From the NCBI GenBank assembly GCA_048881705.1, contig JBHLSH010000004.1, positions 5,410 through 69,409 on the forward strand: 64,000 nt of DNA, written 5' to 3'. How positions within the stretch are numbered: position 1 is the first letter of the stretch; every line of letters starts with the position of its first letter. This document shows, piece by piece, positions 29,788 to 40,512 of this stretch. The stretch is from Candidatus Heimdallarchaeota archaeon (GTDB lineage: Archaea > Asgardarchaeota > Heimdallarchaeia > Hodarchaeales > Hodarchaeaceae). The position numbers were made by a program, and so were the translations under genes. The notes under the pieces were generated by a model. The model searched no databases. It saw nothing but the letters and a program-made list of their open reading frames with translations, and was not told the origin of the DNA.

Positions 29788-31584
29788 TTGAAAACTCTTG
29801 CATTAGGTCTTTTTCTAATAGTAATGATTTCGATGTCTCTCCCTTCAAGTTCATCTACCATATCAGGGGCCGTTTTTACCGATCAGAAGCAGTGGTCATG
29901 GAGTTATACAGAAGTGATTTCGGACAACGGCGAAATGGATTCGTTTTCTCCAGATTTGGCTGTTGATGACCTTGGCAATGTCCACGTTGTTTGGGCTGGT
30001 GAGAACGACTTTTCCAGGACAGGGATGAATTTTGACATTCTCTATAGGAGGTGGGACGTTTCCACTCAGTCATGGGGGGATTTTGAAATAGTTTATGACA
30101 CTGAGGGGGGGGCCTCTAATCCCCAAGTATTGATTGATAATGTTGGTAACGTTCACGTCACATGGCAGGACGATAGCGATTATGATGGTGTTGGGACGGA
30201 TGATGATATTTTCTATCGAATGAGAGACGAATCGACAGGTTTATGGGGGGACATCGAAGTGGTGACCCGGGAATCAGCGAATACAGACGTTTCCCGGCGC
30301 CCCCGATTTGTTGTTGACGCGAATAATGATATTCACTTGGTTTGGGATGACTGGACTCCTAATCTGGCGAATTCTGGCGCGGATTTAGACGTGTTCTATA
30401 AGCAGCGCTTCTCGCGAAACAATTCCTGGAGTCCTATGATGGTTATTTCTAGTAGAAGCAATGGGTCTTCTCAGCATTCCCAAATCGCAGTCGATTCGGA
30501 AGGAACCATTCACTTTGCATGGGATGATTTCACAAGCACCTTTGGGGGAAACGATCGGGATATCCTGTACCGTAAATATGTCCCTGGACTAAACTATTGG
30601 TCAGGGGTTACTGTTGTTTCATCTGAAAGCACAAATGACGCGTTCATCCCCTTTTTGATCACTGATGCCGCATCAAATGTACATGTTACGTGGACTGATT
30701 CAACAGACATGTTGAACAGTGGTCCGGATTGGGATGTCTTCTATAGGAAATATGATCATTCGCAGGGAATATGGAAAAATACAACCCTCGTTTCAGACGG
30801 ATTTATTGACGCGGGCTTTGGAGCCGAAATCGCTGTTGATGACCGAAACAATCCATCCATTGTGTGGTCACAGGGTGGATCCAACGATTACTTCGGATCA
30901 GGAGACGATGAGGATATCGTATATAGACAGTATGACGCGGTATCAGATAGCTGGTCCACAATGCACGTGGTATCGACGGAATCGAACCAAAGATCAACTT
31001 TGCCTGCCCTATCTATTGACAGATCGGGATTTGTCCATGTAGCATGGTATGATTACACATCGTATCAAAACGCAGGCTTCGATAGTGACATATTCTATAA
31101 GAAGTTCCATGGATTGCCGGCTGTCCCCACCTTGGAGGCAATTTCACCAAATCCTTCAACCAATGGCATAATTCAGTTACACTGGAATGAGGTTTATGGT
31201 GCGATAAATTACTTAATATATAGAAACCAAACACCCATAACCTCCGTTTCTGAATTAGATCCCATTGCCATGGTCACTGAGAATAAATTTGTTGATTATA
31301 TTAATACCAATGAGCAACATTTCTACTATGCAGTTTCAGCTGAAAACTATGACGGATTAAGTCAAATTTCAAACTCCGAATATGTACAGGTGTTGGTTTT
31401 AAATGGAAACTTCGGCACGAACGCGACTGATGGCTTCCCCAATCAGACTGCGTTCTTTGACGGATCATTGCCCGTGACAGTGATGTCCATAGTGATCTTT
31501 CTAGCCGTTTCTGCTTTTAGAAAGAGGAAAATCAGACTGCGAACCTCTCAAGGATCTAAAACTCGGAGGCCAGTAAAATGTTGA
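29788..31584 (+). CDS. Surface protein: signal peptide + 7-bladed beta-propeller + FN3-like domain + TM anchor (copy 1)
   Basis: Seven approx. 58-aa repeats (P.i.vD..g.vHv.W.D...DIfY); FN3 pattern W...Y.IYR...YYAV; TM followed by basic tail. Confidence 0.85.
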   Translation: MKTLALGLFLIVMISMSLPSSSSTISGAVFTDQKQWSWSYTEVISDNGEMDSFSPDLAVDDLGNVHVVWAGENDFSRTGMNFDILYRRWDVSTQSWGDFEIVYDTEGGASNPQVLIDNVGNVHVTWQDDSDYDGVGTDDDIFYRMRDESTGLWGDIEVVTRESANTDVSRRPRFVVDANNDIHLVWDDWTPNLANSGADLDVFYKQRFSRNNSWSPMMVISSRSNGSSQHSQIAVDSEGTIHFAWDDFTSTFGGNDRDILYRKYVPGLNYWSGVTVVSSESTNDAFIPFLITDAASNVHVTWTDSTDMLNSGPDWDVFYRKYDHSQGIWKNTTLVSDGFIDAGFGAEIAVDDRNNPSIVWSQGGSNDYFGSGDDEDIVYRQYDAVSDSWSTMHVVSTESNQRSTLPALSIDRSGFVHVAWYDYTSYQNAGFDSDIFYKKFHGLPAVPTLEAISPNPSTNGIIQLHWNEVYGAINYLIYRNQTPITSVSELDPIAMVTENKFVDYINTNEQHFYYAVSAENYDGLSQISNSEYVQVLVLNGNFGTNATDGFPNQTAFFDGSLPVTVMSIVIFLAVSAFRKRKIRLRTSQGSKTRRPVKC

Positions 31585-33341
31585 AAACGCCTGCATTGAG
31601 TCTTTTTCTCATGGTAATGATTTCGATCCCCCTCTCTTCAAGTTCATCTACCACATCAGGGGCTGTCTTTACCGATCAGGAGAAGTGGTCGTGGAGTTAT
31701 ACAGAAGTACTTTCGGATAATAGTGATTTAGATTCTGGTAATGTGGATTTAAAAGTCGATGATCGTGGGAATATCCACGTCGTTTGGTGGGACCAGCACG
31801 ATGTCCCTAGAACGGGAGATTTATATTCTGACATAATATATAGAAGATGGGATATCTCGACTCAGTCATGGAACGATCAAGAAATAGCTTATAGTACCAA
31901 TGGAAACACGTTAGGGCTTGACCCTAAAGTGTTGATAGACAAGGTCGGTTACGTCCACGTTATTTGGCTGGATGACAGCAATTATATGGATGTAGGAACA
32001 GATGCGGACATCTTCTATATAATGAGAGACGAACTAACTGGTGTATGGGGGGAAGTTGAAGTGGTGACACGGGAATCAGCGAATACAGGCTATTCTGCCG
32101 ATCCCCATTTTGCTGTTGATGGTAACAACGACATTCACGTGGTTTGGTGGGACACGACTTCTAATCTGGCGAATTCTGGAACAGATTCAGATATTTTCTA
32201 TAGGAAACGGTTTTCACAAAACAATTCCTGGAGTACCATGAGGGTCATTTCTGACACCAGCAACGAAAGTTCTTCAAGTCCACAAATCGCAATTGATGGG
32301 GAAGGAACTATTCATTTTGTATGGGATGATTACACAAGTAATTTCGGGGGAAACGACGTTGACATTGTATACCGTAAATATATACCAGAATTGGATTTTT
32401 GGTCTGGGATTACTGTGGTTTCAATCGAAAGTACGAGTAATTCACAGGAACCATCCTTGATCACCGATATGGATTCAAATATACATGTTGCCTGGCATGA
32501 TTCAACAGATATCTTTAATAGTGGCCCCGATTGGGATGTATTCTATCGAAGGTATGATAAATTACTGGAAAGATGGGAAGATACTACCCTCGTCTCAGAA
32601 GGGTTTGATAGTTGGAGTGTACTTCCGCGACTCGCAATAGATCAACACAATAACCCATCCATTGCTTGGACACAATGGGAATATGGAGACAACGGGGGAT
32701 TGGGAGACAATGATATCTTATACAGGGTATATGATGGAACGTTAGATAGTTGGTCCTCACTATATGTAATTTCGGCGGAATCCAGTGGTCTTTCAACTAG
32801 CCCCGCCATTTATATTGACAGATCGGGATTTGTCCATGTAGCATGGGTCGATGATACCATATATCAAAGTTCGGGCGCAGATAATGATATATTCTATAAA
32901 AAGTTGCATGGACTGCCGGCTGTCCCCACCTTGGAGGCAATTTCACCAAATCCTTCAACTACTGGGATAATTCAATTATACTGGAATGAGGTTTATGGTG
33001 TGATAAATTACTCAATATACAGAAACCAAACACCAGTAACCTCCATTTCAGAGTTAGATCCCATTGCCACGGTCACTGAGAACCAATTTATTGACCATAT
33101 TAATACCACTGAGCAGCATTTCTATTATGCAGTCGTAGCTGAAAACTATGACGGATTAAGTCAAATTTCAAACTCGGAATATGTCCAGGTGTTGTTTTTA
33201 CCTGGAAACTTCGGTACGAACGCGACTGATGGCTTCCCCAATCAGACAGCTTTCTTTGATGGATCATTGACCGTGACAGTGACGTCCATAGTGATGTTTC
33301 TAGCCGTTTCTGCTTTTAGAAGGAGGAGAATCAGACGGTGA
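31578..33341 (+). CDS. Surface protein, paralog of the preceding gene (copy 2)
   Basis: Same architecture, collinear with copy 1. Confidence 0.85.
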   Translation: MLKTPALSLFLMVMISIPLSSSSSTTSGAVFTDQEKWSWSYTEVLSDNSDLDSGNVDLKVDDRGNIHVVWWDQHDVPRTGDLYSDIIYRRWDISTQSWNDQEIAYSTNGNTLGLDPKVLIDKVGYVHVIWLDDSNYMDVGTDADIFYIMRDELTGVWGEVEVVTRESANTGYSADPHFAVDGNNDIHVVWWDTTSNLANSGTDSDIFYRKRFSQNNSWSTMRVISDTSNESSSSPQIAIDGEGTIHFVWDDYTSNFGGNDVDIVYRKYIPELDFWSGITVVSIESTSNSQEPSLITDMDSNIHVAWHDSTDIFNSGPDWDVFYRRYDKLLERWEDTTLVSEGFDSWSVLPRLAIDQHNNPSIAWTQWEYGDNGGLGDNDILYRVYDGTLDSWSSLYVISAESSGLSTSPAIYIDRSGFVHVAWVDDTIYQSSGADNDIFYKKLHGLPAVPTLEAISPNPSTTGIIQLYWNEVYGVINYSIYRNQTPVTSISELDPIATVTENQFIDHINTTEQHFYYAVVAENYDGLSQISNSEYVQVLFLPGNFGTNATDGFPNQTAFFDGSLTVTVTSIVMFLAVSAFRRRRIRR

Positions 33342-33451
33342 AACTTCCAAAGATCTTAAACTAGGAGTTCAAAGACTTTTAGACTCGCCTTTGGTATTGA
33401 CGCCCAAATTCGCGATCATTGATAAACGGAAATTTGGCAAATCCAGTCCTT

Positions 33452-35434
33452 TTAGTGAGAACCACCTTCTCTCATCATCTCTTTCATCTTCTCAGGATCC
33501 ATTCCCCTCTCCTTCATCCTTGCGAGCATTGATTCGGGGTCGATGCCATGAGATTTGGCCATTGCAAGGAGATATGGGGGGAGGGTGGGAATTTCGGCCT
33601 CTGTTCTGGCCTCAAGGCCCTCACCTATCTCTTCAACTCCTTGGTGTTTATAATACGTATCATAAAGTTCGGCATACACACCAGATTGACTTAACAACTC
33701 TTTATGTGTACCTAGTTCCACCAATTTCCCTTTTTCAAATACCGCAATGCGATCTACGTCCCGTATTGTTGTGAGTCTATGTGCAATCACAAAAGTTGTG
33801 CGTCCCTTGAACAATGCCTGTTGAGCTAGCTGAACCAAACTCTCAGAGTAAGCATCAAGTCGAGACGTGGCTTCATCCAGGACTAGGATTTTAGGATCTG
33901 CCAGCATCATCCGTGCGATAGTGATCATTTGGCGTTGACCTGAACTTAAACCTTTTCCGCTCTCCTGAAGCACGGTATGATATCCATCTGGTAATGCTTC
34001 GATAAAGTCATCTGCTCCAATCAATTTGCATAATTCGATTATTTCGCCATCTGAGATATCCCTATTGCTGTAGCGAATATTTTCGATGACGGTGTCGGCA
34101 AAGAGGTATGGTTCCTGTCCGATAAGTCCGATATTTGAATGTAGACTTGCTTGAGTAACATCGCGTAGGTCCTGATCCCCTATTAAGATTCTTCCTTCTA
34201 TTGGGTCAAAGAATCGTGTTACTAGAGCCGCAAGTGTCGTTTTTCCCGCTCCAGTATGCCCCACAATGGCTAGTTTTTCCCCTTTTTCCACTTTAAAGGA
34301 TACATTTTGAAGGACTGGTATGTCCTCAACATACTCATAGGAAACATTATCGAATGTAACGCGAGTGTCTGTTGTATCCAGTGACACCGCGTTAACCTTG
34401 TCTATGACTTGTGGTTCCTGCTCTAGTACATCAGCGACTCGATCCATTGCGGCCAATGATGCCTGAATCTGGGGATAAAACATGGCTATGTGTAAGAGCG
34501 GACTAAGAAAACGCTGTACCATAATGGTGCCAAGATATATCGAGCCTAATGACAATACGGTCGTCGATAAATATCCTCCTACAACCAGCGTCATTGCCAC
34601 AAGAATTGTAGAAATCATAGACACTGCAGGAAACATGAAATTAAATAGAGCCCCCATTTGTTTGAAATATTGATATGTTTTCTCGTTCAGATCGGATAGA
34701 ACCGTTGATGACCATTCTTCTCTATTAAATGCTTTCGCAATAGAAACGCCGGCAAGACTCTCGGCCATTTGTCCACTAACTGCACCATAGCTTCGTCTCA
34801 CTCCGTACATGATCTTTCTACCCAAACGTCCCAGTACAAACGCCAAAACTATTGCAATTGGAATCGCAAGGAGGGCAATACCCGCAATCAACCAACTGGT
34901 TACGAGTAGAATTATAAAAGTCCCGAGGCCCAATAAAATCTGCGAGGACATGTTGGAGAACACAGTGATTCCTGCCGCGAGTTCATCCGTGTCGGAGGTC
35001 ACTCGACTTGTCACATTCCCACTTTGTTCCTTTTTATGAAAACTCATATCTGCCGACACTAAATTTTCAAAAATGTCCTTTCTAACATCATGGAGCATGT
35101 TAGCCCTCACACGGGCAAGTAAATACGTATTGGAAGAATTTACCAGCCAAATTCCTAAACTTAATCCGACAAAGAGAATAAAAAGAGATGCGAGAAAGTC
35201 AGGGTTGGCAAATATTGTTCGGTTAACGACTGCATCAAGCCCAGCCTGTATTATTAGAGGAGATATAATACTACCGAGAGTATAGGCTAAAATTAACGCA
35301 CCAGATAATAACAGAGTGATTTTAAATTTCTCCAGGTAATTCCACAGCATGCCAATTAATTGTCTCGTAGATCTAGTATTCTGATGTTTTTCCGAACGAA
35401 AAGCGGACATAGGTCCTCTGTGACCGTGTGACAT
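33452..35434 (-). CDS. Type IV ABC exporter subunit (consensus Walker B / H-loop)
   Basis: TMD + NBD; GHTGAGKTT, LSSGQ, VLDEA, IAHRL. Confidence 0.93.
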   Translation of the reverse strand: MSHGHRGPMSAFRSEKHQNTRSTRQLIGMLWNYLEKFKITLLLSGALILAYTLGSIISPLIIQAGLDAVVNRTIFANPDFLASLFILFVGLSLGIWLVNSSNTYLLARVRANMLHDVRKDIFENLVSADMSFHKKEQSGNVTSRVTSDTDELAAGITVFSNMSSQILLGLGTFIILLVTSWLIAGIALLAIPIAIVLAFVLGRLGRKIMYGVRRSYGAVSGQMAESLAGVSIAKAFNREEWSSTVLSDLNEKTYQYFKQMGALFNFMFPAVSMISTILVAMTLVVGGYLSTTVLSLGSIYLGTIMVQRFLSPLLHIAMFYPQIQASLAAMDRVADVLEQEPQVIDKVNAVSLDTTDTRVTFDNVSYEYVEDIPVLQNVSFKVEKGEKLAIVGHTGAGKTTLAALVTRFFDPIEGRILIGDQDLRDVTQASLHSNIGLIGQEPYLFADTVIENIRYSNRDISDGEIIELCKLIGADDFIEALPDGYHTVLQESGKGLSSGQRQMITIARMMLADPKILVLDEATSRLDAYSESLVQLAQQALFKGRTTFVIAHRLTTIRDVDRIAVFEKGKLVELGTHKELLSQSGVYAELYDTYYKHQGVEEIGEGLEARTEAEIPTLPPYLLAMAKSHGIDPESMLARMKERGMDPEKMKEMMREGGSH

Positions 35435-35438
35435 TTAT

Positions 35439-37226
35439 CTAGCCTCCAATAACTTCAGGTAAATTGGCAAATATTACCTTGTACTGTTCGCATTCTCTTA
35501 GCAGCGTTTCGTGGCTGCCATATGCGCAGATATTTCCTTTATCAAACAAAATAATGAAATCCGATTCTAAAAGAGTACGAAGGCGCTGGGTTACCACGAT
35601 CGATGTCCGATTTTCCATCAGCTTATCCAAAGCGCGACGGAGCAACATTTCAGTTTTAGAATCGATTGCAGAGACAGAATCATCCAACAACAGAACTTTA
35701 GGATCCGCTATTAGCGCCCGAGCAATTGCAATGCGCTGGCGTTGACCCCCCGACAGCTTGGATCCCCTTTCCCCTATTTGGGTCTCGAGACCTTGAGGTA
35801 ACTCCTCTATAAACTCCCATGCTTGAGCTTGAATCGCTGCGGCCTTGATTTCTTCATCAGTAGCGTCTGGCCGGGCAAAGGCGATATTTTCACGAACAGA
35901 AGCGGAAAAGAGAAAAACCTCCTGTTCAACCATTGTAATCCCCCTACGGAGTTCTTTTGCTGGTATGGCAGTGAAAGGTACGCGACCAAGACTTATAGTA
36001 CCCTCTGTCGGATCGTACAATCGTAACAATAACTTCAGGAAAGTCGATTTACCTGACCCGGGGCCACCAATTACGGCAACTTGGGCACCGTTGGGAATCT
36101 TGAGATTGATATTTTCGAGCGCGTATTTGGTTGACCCGGAGTATTTCATGTGAACGTTTTCAAAAATAATATCACCACTCCAATCAGGAAGATTTCCCTC
36201 GGTTGCGTTGTCGGGAACAGGGTCTGACCATGTTATTTTATCCCAAATTCGATCTGCATTCATTTTACCAGCTCGGATGTTTATTAAGGCCATTGGAAGC
36301 ATAAAATTCATGAACTGTAATGTTAACAAGAGGGACACGGATGCTGTGAAGGCACCCACGGCTTCACTTGGATTAACAGCCGTTTGAATGTTGATTAAGC
36401 CTATTCCAAATATTATTGTAGTTACCGCGATAAGAACAAGGGCTGGCCAAAAGAAGGCCGATAATCTACCTTCTTTTGTAACCATTTCGGCATATCTTGA
36501 GCTTCCGAGATTAAATCTTTCTTTTTCCTGATCTTCTTGGTTGAAACTACGCACTACCTCAATTCCTCGGAAAATTTCTTGAGAATCTCGGGTTACAACT
36601 GCGAGTCTGGATGCCAGTTCACGTCTAATAGGGCCAACGATTCCTGCGTATCGAATAACAAGCACAAAATAAATAGGAAATCCGATGATAACAACAAGGA
36701 AGAAGCGAGGATCAAATGCGTAAAATGAAATCATTACAAATCCCATGCTTAGGAGACTGCTGAGCAGCATCCGTAGAGAAGGATTGATCCCCATCCGCAT
36801 CTGAGAGATTTCATTCATTGCCATTGAGAGAAGACTACTAGAATCTATCTCATCATGGAATGTCATGGAATGGGATTGAATCGTATCAAAGAATTCTTGT
36901 CGCGCATCACGCTCATAACGAAACGCAGCCACAGTCCAAGAATAGTTTGTAATAAAAGTAAAGAGAAATGACAGAAATGACGTTATCGCAATTCCTAAAC
37001 AGATAATCAGGAAGTTGGAGTTGAAGGAGAAATTCTCATCTGCAAGAGCACTAAATGCCATGCCTAACAATAGACTCGGTGCAACTGTTAAGAAGGCACT
37101 GATAAGCGAAACGCCCAAACTGAGAAAAACTAGTTTGGGACTCCGCCAGAAAAAACTCAAGTACCAATGTGTGGCTGACCGATAACGCTTCGTTGGTAAA
37201 TCTGCACTTGTTTTGTATGCCTGCAT
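35439..37226 (-). CDS. Type IV ABC exporter subunit (degenerate catalytic residues)
   Basis: GGPGSGKST, LSGGQ, LLDDS (E>D), VTQRL (H>Q); ATG 37226 chosen. Confidence 0.93.
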   Translation of the reverse strand: MQAYKTSADLPTKRYRSATHWYLSFFWRSPKLVFLSLGVSLISAFLTVAPSLLLGMAFSALADENFSFNSNFLIICLGIAITSFLSFLFTFITNYSWTVAAFRYERDARQEFFDTIQSHSMTFHDEIDSSSLLSMAMNEISQMRMGINPSLRMLLSSLLSMGFVMISFYAFDPRFFLVVIIGFPIYFVLVIRYAGIVGPIRRELASRLAVVTRDSQEIFRGIEVVRSFNQEDQEKERFNLGSSRYAEMVTKEGRLSAFFWPALVLIAVTTIIFGIGLINIQTAVNPSEAVGAFTASVSLLLTLQFMNFMLPMALINIRAGKMNADRIWDKITWSDPVPDNATEGNLPDWSGDIIFENVHMKYSGSTKYALENINLKIPNGAQVAVIGGPGSGKSTFLKLLLRLYDPTEGTISLGRVPFTAIPAKELRRGITMVEQEVFLFSASVRENIAFARPDATDEEIKAAAIQAQAWEFIEELPQGLETQIGERGSKLSGGQRQRIAIARALIADPKVLLLDDSVSAIDSKTEMLLRRALDKLMENRTSIVVTQRLRTLLESDFIILFDKGNICAYGSHETLLRECEQYKVIFANLPEVIGG

Positions 37227-37349
37227 TGATATTCTTCCGCAAGAAAGGGTGTTTACGATATGAAGGAAAGCTATATATATAGGTTTCCTGCATAGTTTCG
37301 AATGGATATAACAGAGTTCTGTAGGTATGTACATGGAGACGTCGCTCTA

Positions 37350-37964
37350 ATGGAGGCTAATCACCTCGAAAATGAGTCTACGTTCGAAATCAAGGCAGAA
37401 GAATTACTAAAGAGATGGATGAGGGGATATCGGCGCGGAAGTCTTCGTTTCTTTATTCTCCATCTTCTTCTTCATCACAGTCGCCACGAAAACATGGAAA
37501 AATCACAGCTATCCCATGGTTCTAAACCAAGATCATACCATGGATATCACCTAGCTCAAACGATTAGAGACATAACCGAAGGTAAATGGCACCCAAAAAC
37601 TGCCAGTATTTATCCAATCTTGAAGGAATTAAAAGATGAAGGAATTATAGAAGAAGTTCCTCAGTCGATGGAAGAGACTGGCCGCGGATCGAAGCATTAT
37701 CGTCTAACTTCTTTTGGGAAAAAGGTGGGAGCCAAGCTCGAAGATGCTCGTATGGAATTTTCTAGGCCGTTATTTGAACATGGATCTATGAAATCAATTC
37801 TTCCACTGCTAAGGCTTGCTAGTACGCATGATGAGGAAAAAATCGATAGGTTCCTTGAATCTGTTGATCAAGAAACCTTGAAGAAGGTATACAAACAATT
37901 AGAAAGAGCTATTCATGACGTTGGGTTTCTGCAAGAACGAATAGGCCATAAAATGGACCGCTAA
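37350..37964 (+). CDS. PadR family transcriptional regulator
   Basis: RRGSLRFFIL, HGY.L, SIYPIL..L..EG, HYRLTSFGK; divergent from the ABC exporter. Confidence 0.88.
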   Translation: MEANHLENESTFEIKAEELLKRWMRGYRRGSLRFFILHLLLHHSRHENMEKSQLSHGSKPRSYHGYHLAQTIRDITEGKWHPKTASIYPILKELKDEGIIEEVPQSMEETGRGSKHYRLTSFGKKVGAKLEDARMEFSRPLFEHGSMKSILPLLRLASTHDEEKIDRFLESVDQETLKKVYKQLERAIHDVGFLQERIGHKMDR

Positions 37965-38073
37965 TCTCCTTCAAATGCCCAAATAAATCACAAAATGATA
38001 CTTTGCGGATAGAAGGTAATCCTATTACCGAATCCTCCTGGGGGAAAAGAAGGATCTTGTGGAGAATGCAATT

Positions 38074-40512
38074 TTAAGAAATGCCGCGGTGGTACAACAT
38101 ATCTGGAAGAGAACTACGCCAAGTCCTCCAAGCCAGGAGAGCTGTGGAGAGGAATACACTAAAAATTATAGAGCTTATTACAATGATCCAAAGATCTAGC
38201 GGTACGTATACTGGCATGTAAATTTCCTCAATCAAATAATCATAGCTTGGCTGCAATAACGCGAGACTCAATGGAATACCGATTATGAGCCCAAAAACAC
38301 CATAAAGCGCGTTTTCTAGAAAAATTACTTTCATGATCGTTCGACGTTTTGATCCCATTGCTCTCAAAGCCAAGAATTCCATCTCCCGATCCATCATCGC
38401 CAGTGACATGCTAGAAAACGTAAAAAGTATTAACGCGGTTAAACCTAGTAAACCAATGAAAATTAACAGCCCCATCATTGCCTCCATCATTGACCCTATT
38501 GTGATCAAGATCTCTTTTGTCTCTGAATAAACGTAGGGAAAATATCGATCAACAATCTGTGATTTAATTTCAACCTTGCGAGCCTCAGTTACCGTACTGC
38601 TATAGCTGAAAACAAATCCGGTAACATTTCCAGAGGTTGCAATACCCTGCGTAAATGCAGTATTCTGCTGCAATCCTTCAATCGTCCACAGAAGCGCAGT
38701 ATCAAACAGTTCGCCAGTGATCCCAACAATTTCGAGATTGAAGACATTAACTGGGTCAAACACCACCTTTATAACGTCCCCAACTCTAATTCCGTGTTCT
38801 TTTGCGAGTTCACTTCCAATCAGAATCGAGTCTTTTCCCAGATCGCTCATCTCGAAATTTTGGTCTCCAACAACGACGTGGTAAGATCTCAGCGTCGAAT
38901 TTTCATGGAATAAATGGATAGGAGCCCGGACAACTTCATCGTTGAAATCAGAAATAAAAACATTAGTTCCGATGTATCCTTCTACCTTATCGATCCCATC
39001 AATGGTTTGAACGTAAGTTTTGATAGAGAATTCGGAGGAAGGCTTCTGTAAATAAACATTTACATCGTGATTCTCATATAATGTAAAATTCTGATCCATA
39101 GTATAGACTAAATCAAAAACGAGACTTCCTGCAGCAACCAGAATTATCATCGACGTAGCAACAGCTATTAATGTCGATAATGAACGCTTTTTATTCATAA
39201 ATACTGTTCTAAGAGGGATTTTTGTGCTGAATCGTCGAAATATCCTGAATGGTCTCAAAATCTTCTCCATAAGAGGCTCCTGGCCAAGTTGGCTCTTTGA
39301 ATACGGAGCAACCATAGCTTCACGTGGCGTAAGACGTAATACAGGCATCGTTGCCATAAATGAAACCACGCTGATGAAAATGACAGAAAAGAGAGAACCT
39401 CCTATCCAAATGATTGGATTTTGTCCTATTTTTATGACAGTAAAACCATGCCAATCACCCCTAATGCCAACTGCAACCATACTTAGGCCCATCGCTCCAA
39501 ACCACCCGATTCCAATACCGATGAGACCGAGGATTACTCCAAATCCCAGATAATGAGAAAAAACAATACGCTTTTTCACACCTAAGGCGCCATACAAACC
39601 AATGTGAGTCCTTTGTGCTTGAACGAGTTTACTTAATGAGTTGTAAATCGCCGTGGCGCCTGCAATTAAACCAAAAAGGCCAAAAACTAAGCCAAATTTG
39701 TCATGAGGATTATCGAACTGAAAAAACTCGTAATCAGGTGTCCTATCCCAATAAAGAACCTTTTGTATCCTTTCGGATCCAATGTAATCAGAAAGAACAC
39801 GATCAGCGATTTGACTGGCATTGTGGGACCGAGTGGTGGTTTTAACTAGTATTTCATTGGTGCCTCCCGACCCCAGAAACACTTCAAGACGGGCAAGAGG
39901 AACATAAATAATGCATAACTCCCCATTAAATGCGGCCGAATTTGTCTGTTCATCCACGGGGTAAAAATAGTCCGAATCAATGGCAATCCCCGAAATGGTA
40001 AAATTCTCTGAAAAGGGTCCATATGAAACCCGAAGTGATTCGTTCACCTTAATAGGGGTTGGTCCACTAAGAAATGGGGCTTTGAAATGCTTTTCAAGCA
40101 ATATTTCAGAGTTTGCGGATGGTTTCTCTCCTAAAACGAGCTTTAGAGTGTTGATCTCATTTAATGAGAAATCAACCCCGATAGTATATGCCTTATATTT
40201 CTCGCCCTTATATTCCACAGAGGTATAGAGAAAAATACGTCCTTCAAGATTTTCAATCCCTGCTTCTTGGACTTCCTGCCTTGATAACCAAGCGGAAATA
40301 TTGTCTCTTGGAATATATTCGTTCAATCGGATACGGAGATCGGCATTGTTAAGGTTCTCGTGATGCGCAGCAATAGTTTCATCGTAAGAATCTTTTACAT
40401 TAAGTAAACCTAGACCTAAAGTTATTGTAATGGCTACGGTAATGACAATCACAAATGAACGGAATTTATTAAACCGAAATTCCCTGAAAATTTTCTTTGT
40501 AAGAATCCTCAA
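38074..40512 (-). CDS. FtsX/MacB-like ABC permease
   Basis: QRTHIGLYGALG and DREMEFLALRAMG motifs; 4-bp overlap with the upstream ATPase. Confidence 0.88.
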   Translation of the reverse strand: MRILTKKIFREFRFNKFRSFVIVITVAITITLGLGLLNVKDSYDETIAAHHENLNNADLRIRLNEYIPRDNISAWLSRQEVQEAGIENLEGRIFLYTSVEYKGEKYKAYTIGVDFSLNEINTLKLVLGEKPSANSEILLEKHFKAPFLSGPTPIKVNESLRVSYGPFSENFTISGIAIDSDYFYPVDEQTNSAAFNGELCIIYVPLARLEVFLGSGGTNEILVKTTTRSHNASQIADRVLSDYIGSERIQKVLYWDRTPDYEFFQFDNPHDKFGLVFGLFGLIAGATAIYNSLSKLVQAQRTHIGLYGALGVKKRIVFSHYLGFGVILGLIGIGIGWFGAMGLSMVAVGIRGDWHGFTVIKIGQNPIIWIGGSLFSVIFISVVSFMATMPVLRLTPREAMVAPYSKSQLGQEPLMEKILRPFRIFRRFSTKIPLRTVFMNKKRSLSTLIAVATSMIILVAAGSLVFDLVYTMDQNFTLYENHDVNVYLQKPSSEFSIKTYVQTIDGIDKVEGYIGTNVFISDFNDEVVRAPIHLFHENSTLRSYHVVVGDQNFEMSDLGKDSILIGSELAKEHGIRVGDVIKVVFDPVNVFNLEIVGITGELFDTALLWTIEGLQQNTAFTQGIATSGNVTGFVFSYSSTVTEARKVEIKSQIVDRYFPYVYSETKEILITIGSMMEAMMGLLIFIGLLGLTALILFTFSSMSLAMMDREMEFLALRAMGSKRRTIMKVIFLENALYGVFGLIIGIPLSLALLQPSYDYLIEEIYMPVYVPLDLWIIVISSIIFSVFLSTALLAWRTWRSSLPDMLYHRGIS

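Larger units (their letters stand above)
29788..33380 (+). repeat. Tandem direct duplication with a unit of about 1.8 kb
   Basis: Shared DNA such as gacagatcgggatttgtccatgtagcatgg (approx. 31018 and 32817); similarity continues past the copy-2 stop codon. Confidence 0.9.
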
